Below, piece by piece: positions 39,474 to 50,281 of a DNA stretch of 64,000 bases. A model generated the notes under the pieces. It had not been told where the DNA came from. It did not search any database and saw only the letters and a program-made list of their open reading frames with translations. Position 1 is the stretch's first letter, and each line of letters starts with the position of its first letter. Source of the DNA: Balanoglossus misakiensis (lineage: Eukaryota; Animalia; Hemichordata); assembly GCA_040954595.2 (NCBI GenBank), contig CM082583.2, positions 4,517,374 through 4,581,373 of the forward strand, given 5' to 3'. A program made the translations under genes and the position numbers.

Positions 39474-40716
39474 CTATTGGCGATGCCAGAAAAAATACAA
39501 ACACATATACACCAAGACCGCGAAAAGAACTTTGACGTGAAAAATAATCTTTGTGTAGAATGGCACGTAGTAGTCGACTGGTGCCAAAGTTTTTTGGGAC
39601 TTTGAGATACGCGGATGAACTAGGAGTGGTCCTCCCGTGGAAGAATTGTCAAGCCATGTGCTTTCCGAGTTGGTCCACTTTTCACGATTGTTGGTCAACA
39701 CGTGGGCAGCAGTTTTTCCTCCTAGAAGTGGCTGTGTTTCATCAATACAATGCACGTGTAACTGCCAGGTCAAGAACGTATTAAAGGCCCATATATGTCG
39801 ACATGGGCGTTTCTATAGATACAAACAACAGATGTTTCTCCTGTACATGGAACTAGGACACAGTGTCGCTGTGCATAACATATGGATACCTATAGGCAAT
39901 ATTTGGTTGTTGGTACATCCCCATTAAAATGCCCAGAGCGGGATTACAATGTATATCTTGGCAATGTTAAAATTGTAAGATGGATATTTTTTTGTAATCA
40001 AAATGAATCAATATGGTTTTTGTACAATTTCCAAGTGACTTAGTGTTTCCTTCATACCATTTCAAAAAGATTCTTTCAAAGTGACAATATTATAATAGCG
40101 TCCCCAGCCTTCACTTGCGACAGCCAGAGAAGACGCATCAGCCTGATAACAATATAACCCGGAACACGATAGCCTTGTAGATTGAGTACATTTATTTGAT
40201 TGTCACACTATGTCAAGTGACACCGATGTAACACAGAAATCATCTATGTCGTCATCACTGGTCACACCGGTCACACCACCACCATACATTTGCATAAAAA
40301 GCGAAAAGCCACTCATTCAGTACTTTGGCATATCGTCTATGTCACTGTTTATATCATCGTGTGTCATTTAAGATAACTACCACCATAGATATTCAAGTTG
40401 TAATATACAATAGCGGTTGTAATACACAGTAAATATTTGGACAGACAATCCCCAGTGTTTGTTTGGCCACTTGAGGGCGCCCGTGCCCATGCGCTCTTCA
40501 AGGCACAATTGTCATTTTCAGACCTGTATCATTTCCTCCAATGTGCAGGATAAACTACTGAAACACACCGATAAAAAATCAATTCTGAGATGGAATGTAA
40601 ACTTACCGAAGAATCTGCCACGGTTAAATCAAGGGCACCTTGACAAGCTCACTGGAACAGCGCCCCCATGAGGCAAAACAAGTACAACAATTCAGATCGC
40701 TGACAGAACCCCTCAT
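39474..40716 (-). pseudogene. Probable decayed paralog of the secreted-protein gene at 41692-43113
   Basis: Exon-like 40607-40716 has a signal-peptide-like RSELLYLFCLMGALFQ*ACQGALDLTVADSS|gtaagt, with an in-frame TGA and an out-of-frame ATG. It is phase-compatible with 39474-39812 (KRPCRHIW...TWQLHVHCIDETQPLL...PVDYYVPFYTKIIF...). Shares W..H..C.DE...LL and VDYYV.F with the neighbouring gene. Confidence 0.35.
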
Positions 40717-41423
40717 AGACTCACAGTCACTCCACAGTGACTGTGATGAACTAAGCCACAAATATTATTATTCTTTTGTGATTAAGATGCAGCATATACA
40801 TTGTTTATAAGAGCCACCGGACTTTGTTTTGGGAAAACCGGTATGAAAACCAATCTAACACGCATACATATACGCACACACACGCACATACATACATGAA
40901 AACAATTAAAATAGACTTTCCGATCTCCAGTTTTTCTTGAATAGGAAACAATTTTACTGTTTCTTTCTGAAGATATTTTTATGCATCTTTTTATGTAGCA
41001 CTGGAGCGAACAAACACGCTGACTTCATACGATGGTTTGTGTTTCTTCATATTCGGGAGGCTGGCATATGGATTGTGTGCTGCAGGTGATACAAAATATC
41101 TCGTGTAATCATAAAACAGTATAAACGACCTGGTTCTGCTATTTTTGCTTAATTTAGAAATCCTCCCTCACGGACAAAAATTTTTTTCCGTTTGTTTACC
41201 TCACACATCAAAACTGCACACATCACAAGTCCTGTGACCATACAATCCAATCATTTTTAGGGTCATCATAAGAAAGTTGTCAAACCGACACATGTTTCTG
41301 TCTATTAAATGCAATTTTATTATAGGACATTCAGTGAATACGACCTTTAATATAGAAGTTATTCGCCATCGATCTGTTCTGTTGCTCAACCCGATTTTTT
41401 TCTGGGAGCTACATCACGAAGGC

Positions 41424-41692
41424 GGCCAAAAAATATAATATGTGCCGTTCTGATTAGGTGGTTTTTTAAAAATAGGGAAGGTTGGTAGGGAAATTTTTTT
41501 ATTTTGCATTTTTCTCTATATCTTTGGCCGTAGAAGTGTAGAAGAATGACGTCATAGTTCTTGCGTGATTCTCGCAATTTTCATGAATTTTATATTATTT
41601 GACATCGTTATTCTTACTTCCGATTTAGGGTCGGAGGGCTAAATTAGGGTAGGTCGGGTAATCGGAACAGCACATATTTTTTTTATTTGGCC
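41424..41692. mobile_element. PIF/Harbinger-like MITE
   Basis: TIRs GGCCAAAAAATATAATATGTGCCGTTCTGATTA / TAATCGGAACAGCACATATTTTTTTTATTTGGCC followed by TAA. Internal TAGGGT(A/C)GG motifs. Left TSD is not clear. Confidence 0.65.
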
Positions 41693-43113
41693 TAAGCTGT
41701 ATAGACATCATGAGCATAATCCAAGCAATAGTAGTAGTCAGTATCATCATGGCGCCTGTACGAGCAGTGGGTGACATCAGAAGAGAAGGTGACATTCCCT
41801 GGTGGGTTCCAGTACATTTCCTTGGACAATTTCTCGGGGCACTCCTGTCAAAGATTGGAAAAAATTATAATCTTTAGATTATTAAAAACTCGTATGAATT
41901 AACCAATATATCAGCAGTCAATGTTCTTTCGATAGATTTAATCGTTCGAGTGAGGTATTCGTCTTTTTTTCCAAATAAAGCCGTTTTTCAGCACTACTTC
42001 AACTAGTTACATGGGAAAGAATATCATTCAAGTTCATTTTCGTGAAGGAAAGCGACTTAAAAAGTGACTAAAGTGACTTACACTCGCTTCACTGCAGATC
42101 ACTCGGTGAGAGAAATCCACGTAGTAGTCGACAGTGCAATTTAAACAATCTGTCACCAATTCATCATCAATCTTTGTCCCCTGATTATAAAGACAAAACG
42201 ATGCAGGTAAGTAATGAAAACTACAATCATGTTCCCGTGGTGGGATAATTCTTCAGTTGTTAATATTATACCTGGTCTTTTGTACGATATAAATACATTT
42301 TCTTTTTGTACTCTGCGGGAGTTTTGTTCCTAATATGAGGTTAGTCACACGCATGTTTTAGCTTTACAGCTGATAACAGAAATCACAAGATCGCGTAGCA
42401 AATATACAAAATTAATAAATGTGCAAGTATACATATCGTTCAAAAATACTTGGTACAGTCAGGAAATACTGTCATGGCGTGGGCACGAAATGACCTAACT
42501 TTACAACTTGGTAAAGAAATTTGTTTTCAATAAAAAGCAGTATTACGACTTGTTCCCTAAGCAGAGACATCCAACTATTACAACCCCACCTTCTTCAAAA
42601 ATGAATTGTTCTTACCAAGTTAACTTCATCTGCTTTATCCTGTAGAACTGCGGTTATTCTAAATGTCTTGGTTGAGCCAATATACGGCCCGACAAGATTA
42701 TACACATTATACGTCCTAACTGGGGATTCATTTTCGAATCTCGCCGGCAATAACTCGATTTCGTCATAGCACTCGATCTCATGTGTAACCATAACGTTCC
42801 AGATGGCGTCATTGTACAACCGGTAGGAACTACTTGAACATAGCCACGGTTCTGAATGGATAGGGTGTTCTCTACTGGCTCTCACCAGTACCAAGTGAGA
42901 CGCTATGGCAAGAATTATGATGCACTTTATATAAACCCTGCAAGTTAAAGACAACACGCCTGTAAATGTGTTCATCAATGCATTCACTGTATCATCCTGG
43001 TGGCATGCAGTATGGAGATATTATATCATAAACAATTTCATTATTTCCCTGATTTTCTGTCTTGTACATTCCTTCATATCCTTTTGTGTTCTCCTTTTAA
43101 TTTAAACTTACAT
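41692..43113 (-). CDS. Uncharacterised small secreted protein (~191 aa)
   Basis: Split start AT (43112-43113)|gtaagt...cag|G, then exons 42616-42937 (VYIKCIIILAIASHLVLVRA signal peptide...DKADEVNL), 42082-42180 (GTKIDDELVTDCLNCTVDYYVDFSHRVICSEAS) and 41692-41844 (ECPEKLSKEMYWNPPG...AHDVYTA*). All junctions are canonical and in phase. No family recognised, and the last-exon frame is uncertain. Confidence 0.55.
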
Positions 43114-44359
43114 TTTTACCTCATAATGCAAACCAAAAGGAGAGCCTAGCTAGCGCTGAATTTGCCCAATGTCTATGTTTGCAAAACTTGGGGTCAAAGC
43201 TAATCTTTTGAGTTGCATCTCACAAAATTCTCCAGGATGTCTCGTGTTGGGTTTGTACCAGATCCGTTTCGGGATCATTGAAAGAGAAGATCTAAATAGT
43301 CACATTATTCACCAAGTGCAGATACATGATTTTTTCATCTGTGGACACTATTGTTTATGGGGCCAGCCACCACCACGAGCACATTCTACCATTCAAGAGG
43401 CAAAGTTCTGCTACATTGTTTTACATTTCGTCTGATAAAGAGAACGCACAGCAATCGAGATATCCTTTGATGTTGTGTGTGCCATGCAAAAAACTTGTTC
43501 GCTGCAATCAAATTATCAGTCTGCCGAACAGTGAAACTTCAAGGTAAATTGACCAGCGCTGTATGTATACTCAACAGTCACTCGAATGGGGTGTTTTTAC
43601 TCGTTTTCTGTATACATCACAGTTATAACAAATTCAACTGTATTCTTGCAATCACGCACTTCATGTACATGCTTTCAAATAAACAATGAGCATTGTTTCT
43701 ATTAATGAGGTACACATGTACTTCTACTACCCGATCAAATGATCTCAATGTACTTACATGTTCATGTCTGTACTTATTATCGACGTACGTCAGCACAGTG
43801 ACACTATTGTGTTTCAGAGTAAGAGATGACCGTTTGCGAAATAACTGCATGTCTTATATAGAAAGAGACATAAATATACCGAGACCAAATAACTTTTTAG
43901 TGTCTTCTATAGTTACACAGATGGGATGACTATATTTACACATTTTTTTCTCTTACAAAAAAGGTATCAGCTGTAAAACAGGTAGATTGAAATTATTATT
44001 TGCCAGCACATATGTTACATTATATATGTGAAATACGAACTCAGGATCTTAAAAAGGAAAATTGTGTCGAAGGATTTCCATCTGCTCAGGCCCCACTTTT
44101 CTCTACTGGGAATATTTAATAGGAAAGCAATATTCATTCTGGCTTCTGACAACAGAAGACATGGTGTTTTCAAACATTGCATACTCTATTATTTAAAGAA
44201 TTTAAGTATGCTGTAAATCCAACGATGTTAAATCCTTGGTAACAAAGTTGTTGATGTTCATGCTGCATTTCTACACATCGCTATGCAGTAATACAAAGAG
44301 ATATGATGGGTGTGAGTGTCACACACACACATGTAAATCCTGATGACAATGAATGAATT

Positions 44360-47300
44360 TCATCGAGTTGTGAAAAACCTATCCAAAGTGTTACTGCTAG
44401 TACTGGCAAAGGTAGATGTCTTGTTTTTCTCTCTCTTCCTTTTCTTTGAATTATTGTTGTGACTGACATCGGGTAAAGACCTGTAAAATGCAAAACTTTG
44501 AATTAGAAAATGCTACTGCTCTGATGTCAAAAAATCAAGTAGTCGTTTACAATTTGCCTCAGCGAAAATGAAACCACATAGAAAACCAGAGTACAGTGTA
44601 CATGTACATATGTGTATGTATTTTAAGCAACTGACATACATGTACATGTCCCTTTTTGCATTCTACTGGTGTGAGAGGTATCTATCAACAGTATTTCACT
44701 TGGCCTACAAGATACACAAAGAGGTCTTAAGCAATGAAACACAGCAGTTACCTTTTGCAAGAAGTACCAACAGAATCTTGTGCTGAAAGAAGAAAAGCAG
44801 ATGGTAAAGCCAAACCCATTAGAAATCAGACATCATACCACAACAACAAAACGCTAAACAATATACTTTAGTTGAATCCCGCACAACTGCTAGAAAATGT
44901 TGAACAATCATGATTCACATATATGCACTTCATCATCTTCATGTGTGTAAACTATTTTACAAATCTGAGACATTAATTCCAAGTAGTATGACAATCTAAA
45001 CTATGCTATCCCAAAACATTTGTCAATAGTGAAGTAAGGGGTGGATTCACAAATGTAAAACCCTTACCTTCATTTTCTAGAATATCCTGTATCGCTCCTT
45101 TATTGAGGCACAAATCAACATGCGAGTTAAACGTTCCCAGGTCGCCGTTCGTTTGTTGGTAGTTGCAGATTGGACAGGTGTAAACAACATCTTTTTGCAC
45201 TGTAGATGAAGTTGCATCTGGTAGTATGCTAGAGTCACCGTGGAATTCCCAGCTATCCTTCTCAGCATGCCTGTTGCTAACAGTCCTAGTATGCAACTGT
45301 GTGATTTCAGTTGCTTGTTTGGCAGTGGCGTCATCCAAGTCAATCAAAACGCAAGTGTCATGTCCAGGCCTCCTTCGGTCACTCGGCACTGTTTTGGCTA
45401 CTGCCACGGAATGGGAAGAACCGCTGGGGCCAACCGTCTTCGGAAAAAGCTGTCCGTCAACACCTTTGTCAGAATCCAGGCGCTTGCTCGTGCAAGCCGC
45501 AGTGTCATTACCACTGTCTGTTACTGCAGGTTTCTGCGCCGCTGTTTTTTGCAAGAAGTGGATGATTGATCCCTGCTTTTCAGAACTGGCACCTTGAATG
45601 GCAAAGCTGGACATCCGAACACCTGGCAAAACAACAAACAGGGTGTAAAATGGTCAGTTCTTTTCTGGCATGTATATACAAAGATTTTACAAGCTATCGA
45701 TGACACAGAGAGTAAACACAAGAATGTCTCATCTTGTGTTTCTTTAGAGAAAAGTTTTAAGGAGGGTCATTCAACTCAAATACCACAAAAGGGCATCCAA
45801 AATAAGACAACATGGTCCATATAAGTTATTTCAGCAACTGCGCAAATTTGTGGCATTACTTGTTATGGGCAAAGATCTCTATATAGTCCAAGAAAATAGC
45901 AAAATCAAGTTATTTGCAGTTTTCCGTCTTGTTGGAATGAGACTAATTCAGATCTCATTCGGTGTACGTGTGTATATAGCTACCCATCAATCGTAGTCGG
46001 AGTGGTTCTGGATATGCTGCATTTATTTCTGTCTTCAAAAGTTCTTTTGATGCATTGTAGATGTCTTCGGCAGAGTTTGTTGCACATGGCAGTGTTAAGG
46101 CCCGTGTCTTGGTCTCAAATGTCACTAACTTGATTTTCAGTGTCACAGTCTTACCCTGTAAAAATAAACAGACAAGTGTTTCAGGTGCATTGGGGGGTAA
46201 AACACATTCTGCCACACATTTGTGTAGAAGTCTTATATGTATTTTTATATTAATTAATAAGTAAAAATTTGATAAAATTTATCATATAAATGTATAAAAC
46301 TAAATACGGAATTACTGATATTTGTATAAATTCCTCTATGACTTCTCATGTCATGAACTGAACTAATCTGAACTGACTGACATAAATACACACCTTCAGC
46401 TTTTCAGACTGCAAGTCTTTGGCCAAAGCCTCACTCAGTTCCAAACACTTTTCATACAACTGTGCCGGGTCGCTGATTTCCCGGAATGTTCTCTCCGTAC
46501 TCATGCTTTTTCTGTCTCCATCCCTGAGTGAAAACAAGGACAATGTTTAGATTCCAATGACCGGGAAAGGTTCCTTTCAATCATAGAATTGTCAGTTGTA
46601 TGCAGTAAAATGATCCGATCTGCTATAATGTGAACATTGTAGAACTCAAAAAGAACACTTCACTATCACAGTGTACCTAAGGGTTTTGTCGTGGAATGCT
46701 CATGAATCCAGTTCAGTCAACTGACTGGTTGTACATTGTACCTTTCTAGCTTATTGGACCCTAGTCCCAGGGATATCCTCAAGAAATGTTGCGATGATGT
46801 CTTGGAAAACAGCAGATGGAGAAGAACTCTGTGGTTGTAGAGATCTGTACATGTGGTGACGTTGAGGGCGTTCAACATCTTCTCAGTTACTTTACCAATT
46901 CCACTAACCTACATCAGACAACATGATACACGAATTTAACCATTTCAGTTTTCTTACAATGGGCTGGTTATTGGTAAGTAAACATTGAAACCTTGTTATT
47001 TAACAGCTCTAGATTAACCACTGGCATAAATTGGTAGATTGGCAAGTCATGTACATTTTTGTACTAGCAGTGTCGTGTAAACTACGCACGTTGAAAAGCA
47101 AGCTCATAAAGCCAGTTGTAAAGGATGTTAAACCGTCATTCAAGCCTTAGATGCAGTATTTTAATATTTTTTCCATAAAAGACATGAGAACTAAAAATTC
47201 TATGAGATCAGGTGTTTAAGAGCGCCCTCTACATTGCCTCTGGGACTTATGAATTGTTACGATGGCTTTACATGTATGTATGTATGGTGGGTGATTGACC

Positions 47301-49681
47301 CACTTATTTCAGGATCAAAGGGTGGGTCTATGAATTAACAATTACGTGTCAGAGACCTACTTTTCTAATCGGCAGATCTTTGATGAATTCTGTGACAGCT
47401 TGAAGTGTTGGCTGGATCCGATATTGTCCATTTGGCTTGTTTTTATCGGAGCAAATTTTGGCCAGCATAGTATTGGGTGCAATGCCTGAAGAAGATTATG
47501 ATGGTGATGTCAACAGATTTCATATAATCAAAACACTGATAAAAACACCTTTAGCTAGTGAGAATAAAAATTCAGTGAAGCCCCCTGGCTAACTAGAGGA
47601 GAAATATACACAGCATCAGTCCCAACTTACTAGTGTGAATTACTTATCAGACAGCTTTGTAGCATTCAACCTACCTGCACTGGCTGTCAGCTGCGTTTTC
47701 TGTTCAATTCTAAATCTCATTTCTCGGACAGCCTCTTCGACACTCAGACCAAAACATTCAAGAATACGACAAGAAATCTCATCGCCTTTGTTTCCTGCGT
47801 CAGTGCCTGAACATTTCACCACACTGTCAGCTCTGTGCATATCACTGGTGGGCTGGACAGTTTGTCTGTTGTCAGCATGCTGTTCCTGTCTGTTAACCAC
47901 AGAGCCATTCTCGGCAGAAGCACTCTCACAAGTTTCAGCTTGTGGTACACGTACCCCCACTGAAGTCACGCCAGCTTCGGGTTTTGGCCGGTAGGCAAAC
48001 ATCCTTTGTTGCTCGGAGAAATGCCTCCGTTTCTCTAAGTGTTCGGTGAAGTCCAGATATGCCTCGTCTAAACTCATTGGTACAAAATTTGGATCGTAGT
48101 CCATCAGGATCTCGCGGACATCTCTGCTGACCGCTCTGTACTTGTCAAAGTTGGGGGCAATAATTACCAGTTCTGGACACAGCTTCTTTCCAATGAAGCC
48201 CGGCATGGCAGCACGCACACCAAACCTTCTGGCTTTGTAATTGGAAGTGGACTGGAATAAGAATATTAATTGCAAAGTTTCAGGAAATTTCAACTTTTCC
48301 AAAGTGCAAAATATTACTGAAATTATCATCCTGGCAGAGAATGTCAAAAAATGCCAGAGTTGGTTAGTCCCAACTAATTTCCACTGCTATCTTCCAAGGA
48401 ATGTCAATATGGTGTCTTATGTGCAGCATTGACCTCACCAGCTACTCTGTGCAATCTACATACAGTCTCCCAACATACATGTACCTAATGATTTACGATG
48501 TTCACCGTGTCTTTCATAGGGTGTACTGTAAGACACCAATGATCATAGTTCCTTAATATTTTCTGAAAGACAGGATGAGCATTGCAAGAACTAAGTTCAA
48601 AGGCTTAGAAAAATAGGCTGGTCTATACTCACCAACATTCCCATCCCTCCTACTGCCATGGGTTTGTCTTTGAGAGATGGGGTATCCCTCATCTCCACTG
48701 CTGCATAAAACATATCCATGTCAATATGGACAATGCTACGACTCAAGTCTCTCTGTGCCTGGAGCTCTTCCACCATTTTATCCACCTGATATAAAAAGAA
48801 AATTTGGCTTTGGGCTCAAAGTTTGGTAGGCTGGTAAAGACTTTCAGGTGATGGCTAAAATGGCTCTTTTTTTACTTACAAATTCATTAAATACAAATTT
48901 AGACTTCCTTGGGTCAGTGGAACTTGGAAGTTATGAAAGCAAGATAAAGTTTTCTATGGGAGCATCCCAAATATCCCACAAAAGTAGGATGAAAATACAC
49001 AAGCATGCTCATAAATTACAGAACATGCATTAATATTCGCTTACAACATGCTCAACTGATCCAGTATTATTATTTATACCTCCTGGGCAGCCTTGTGTTT
49101 CTGCAAGTCTGTTATTTTTGTCAGATTGGATTTCATGTGTTCAATTCTCTTATTAACTTGCTCTTCTTTTTTCTGCTCATTTTCATAAAACTTGGATCCC
49201 TTGGAAGCTTCATAAATGATTGCATTGATCTTCTCCTTGTCTAATCCTTCCATGCCTGCTTTGTGAGTGTTCAGTTCCATCCTCGACATCATTTTACTGT
49301 CTGTTGCGATGCTCATTTCTTTTCCACCATCTTGAATCCCAGATGAGGTTCTCTTAGTCACATCAAAACTACCCATACCTGTTACATATTACAGAAAAAA
49401 TGCACATGTATCTTAAAACCTAGCGTTCACAGACAGTTCCTTTGATAGTATTTGCATAAAACAAACTTCTCGAAAATAATGACATATAAGCTAAAAACTT
49501 TCATTGTGCTACACAAACAGAAAAATACCAAAGGTTACAGTTGTTCAAGTTTGGGTAAATACACCATCAGGATAGATAATAATCACTTACCATCCATTGC
49601 ATCTGTTTCAGTTTCATCACTCCATCCTGTTGCCATCCAGTTTTCTTCTTCATCTTCATCATGACCTTCGTTCCTTTCCAT
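44360..49681 (-). CDS. POLK: DNA polymerase kappa (Y-family, DinB orthologue), 806 aa
   Basis: Exons (minus): 49591-49681, 49080-49378, 48633-48785, 47675-48251, 47361-47485, 46742-46908, 46394-46523, 45984-46155, 45068-45622, 44752-44782, 44360-44480; 2421 nt in phase. Motifs: N-clasp [103 protein letters not shown]-like [31 protein letters not shown]-terminal PIP NTLDRFF. Confidence 0.96.
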
Positions 49682-49950
49682 ATTTCCCCTCAACAAGCTA
49701 GAATGTATGAATACCTGCTTTAGTGGCAAAGTCTGCAAATCATGTCAAGTTAAATCATGTCAAGTTATTTTGTGTTTTAAATTGTACTCTTTGTAGTTCA
49801 ATGAAATATATTCATGAACAGGTGTTGGGACCGACATCATTGCAGAGGTTCTTGCTTGCAGTGGACGCTGCGGCTACATCGTATTAAGTGAGAATGAGAG
49901 ATGTGTCCTTAGAGTGAGCTATCTTTAAACGCCATTTCAAGAATTCCTAC

Positions 49951-50281
49951 CTTTGTAGAACACTTTTCTACAGTACATAAAACAGCAGAAACTCAAAAAG
50001 TTGGATTATCGCGCGCTTTGGGATTCGCCCACTTTCGGGTTCATGACCGACATTGCAATGCATTCAGGGACGACGTCATACTTTAAGTCTTATCACGTGA
50101 TAGATGGCAAATATGGCGGCTGTGTAATGTGTAAACTTCACACTCGACTCCACTGCTCGCGGTTGTACACACTAATTCCCCAGATTCGCGCCAGGCTAGA
50201 TCCCCCGAGTGTCCACTCTCCACTTTGCTTATCCCCACTTCCTATGTAGTATAAGTAGACTGTCACTGCAGCTCAACCGCA
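49951..50281. promoter_or_regulatory. Compact bidirectional promoter shared by POLK and CERT1 (includes the probable POLK non-coding exon 1, donor at 49951)
   Basis: Divergent ATGs at 49681 and 50282. CpG-rich core with GACGTCA (50072-50078), palindromic E-box TATCACGTGATA (50091-50102) and YY1-like AAATATGGCGGC (50109-50120). Confidence 0.75.

Noticed and set aside
45006-45067. POLK ending at the ORF-track stop 45006
   Set aside because: A donor at 45068 and downstream exons supply the conserved NLS and PIP box.
50250-50281. Upstream non-AUG extension of CERT1 like the long human GPBP isoform
   Set aside because: In-frame TAA ten codons upstream of the ATG.
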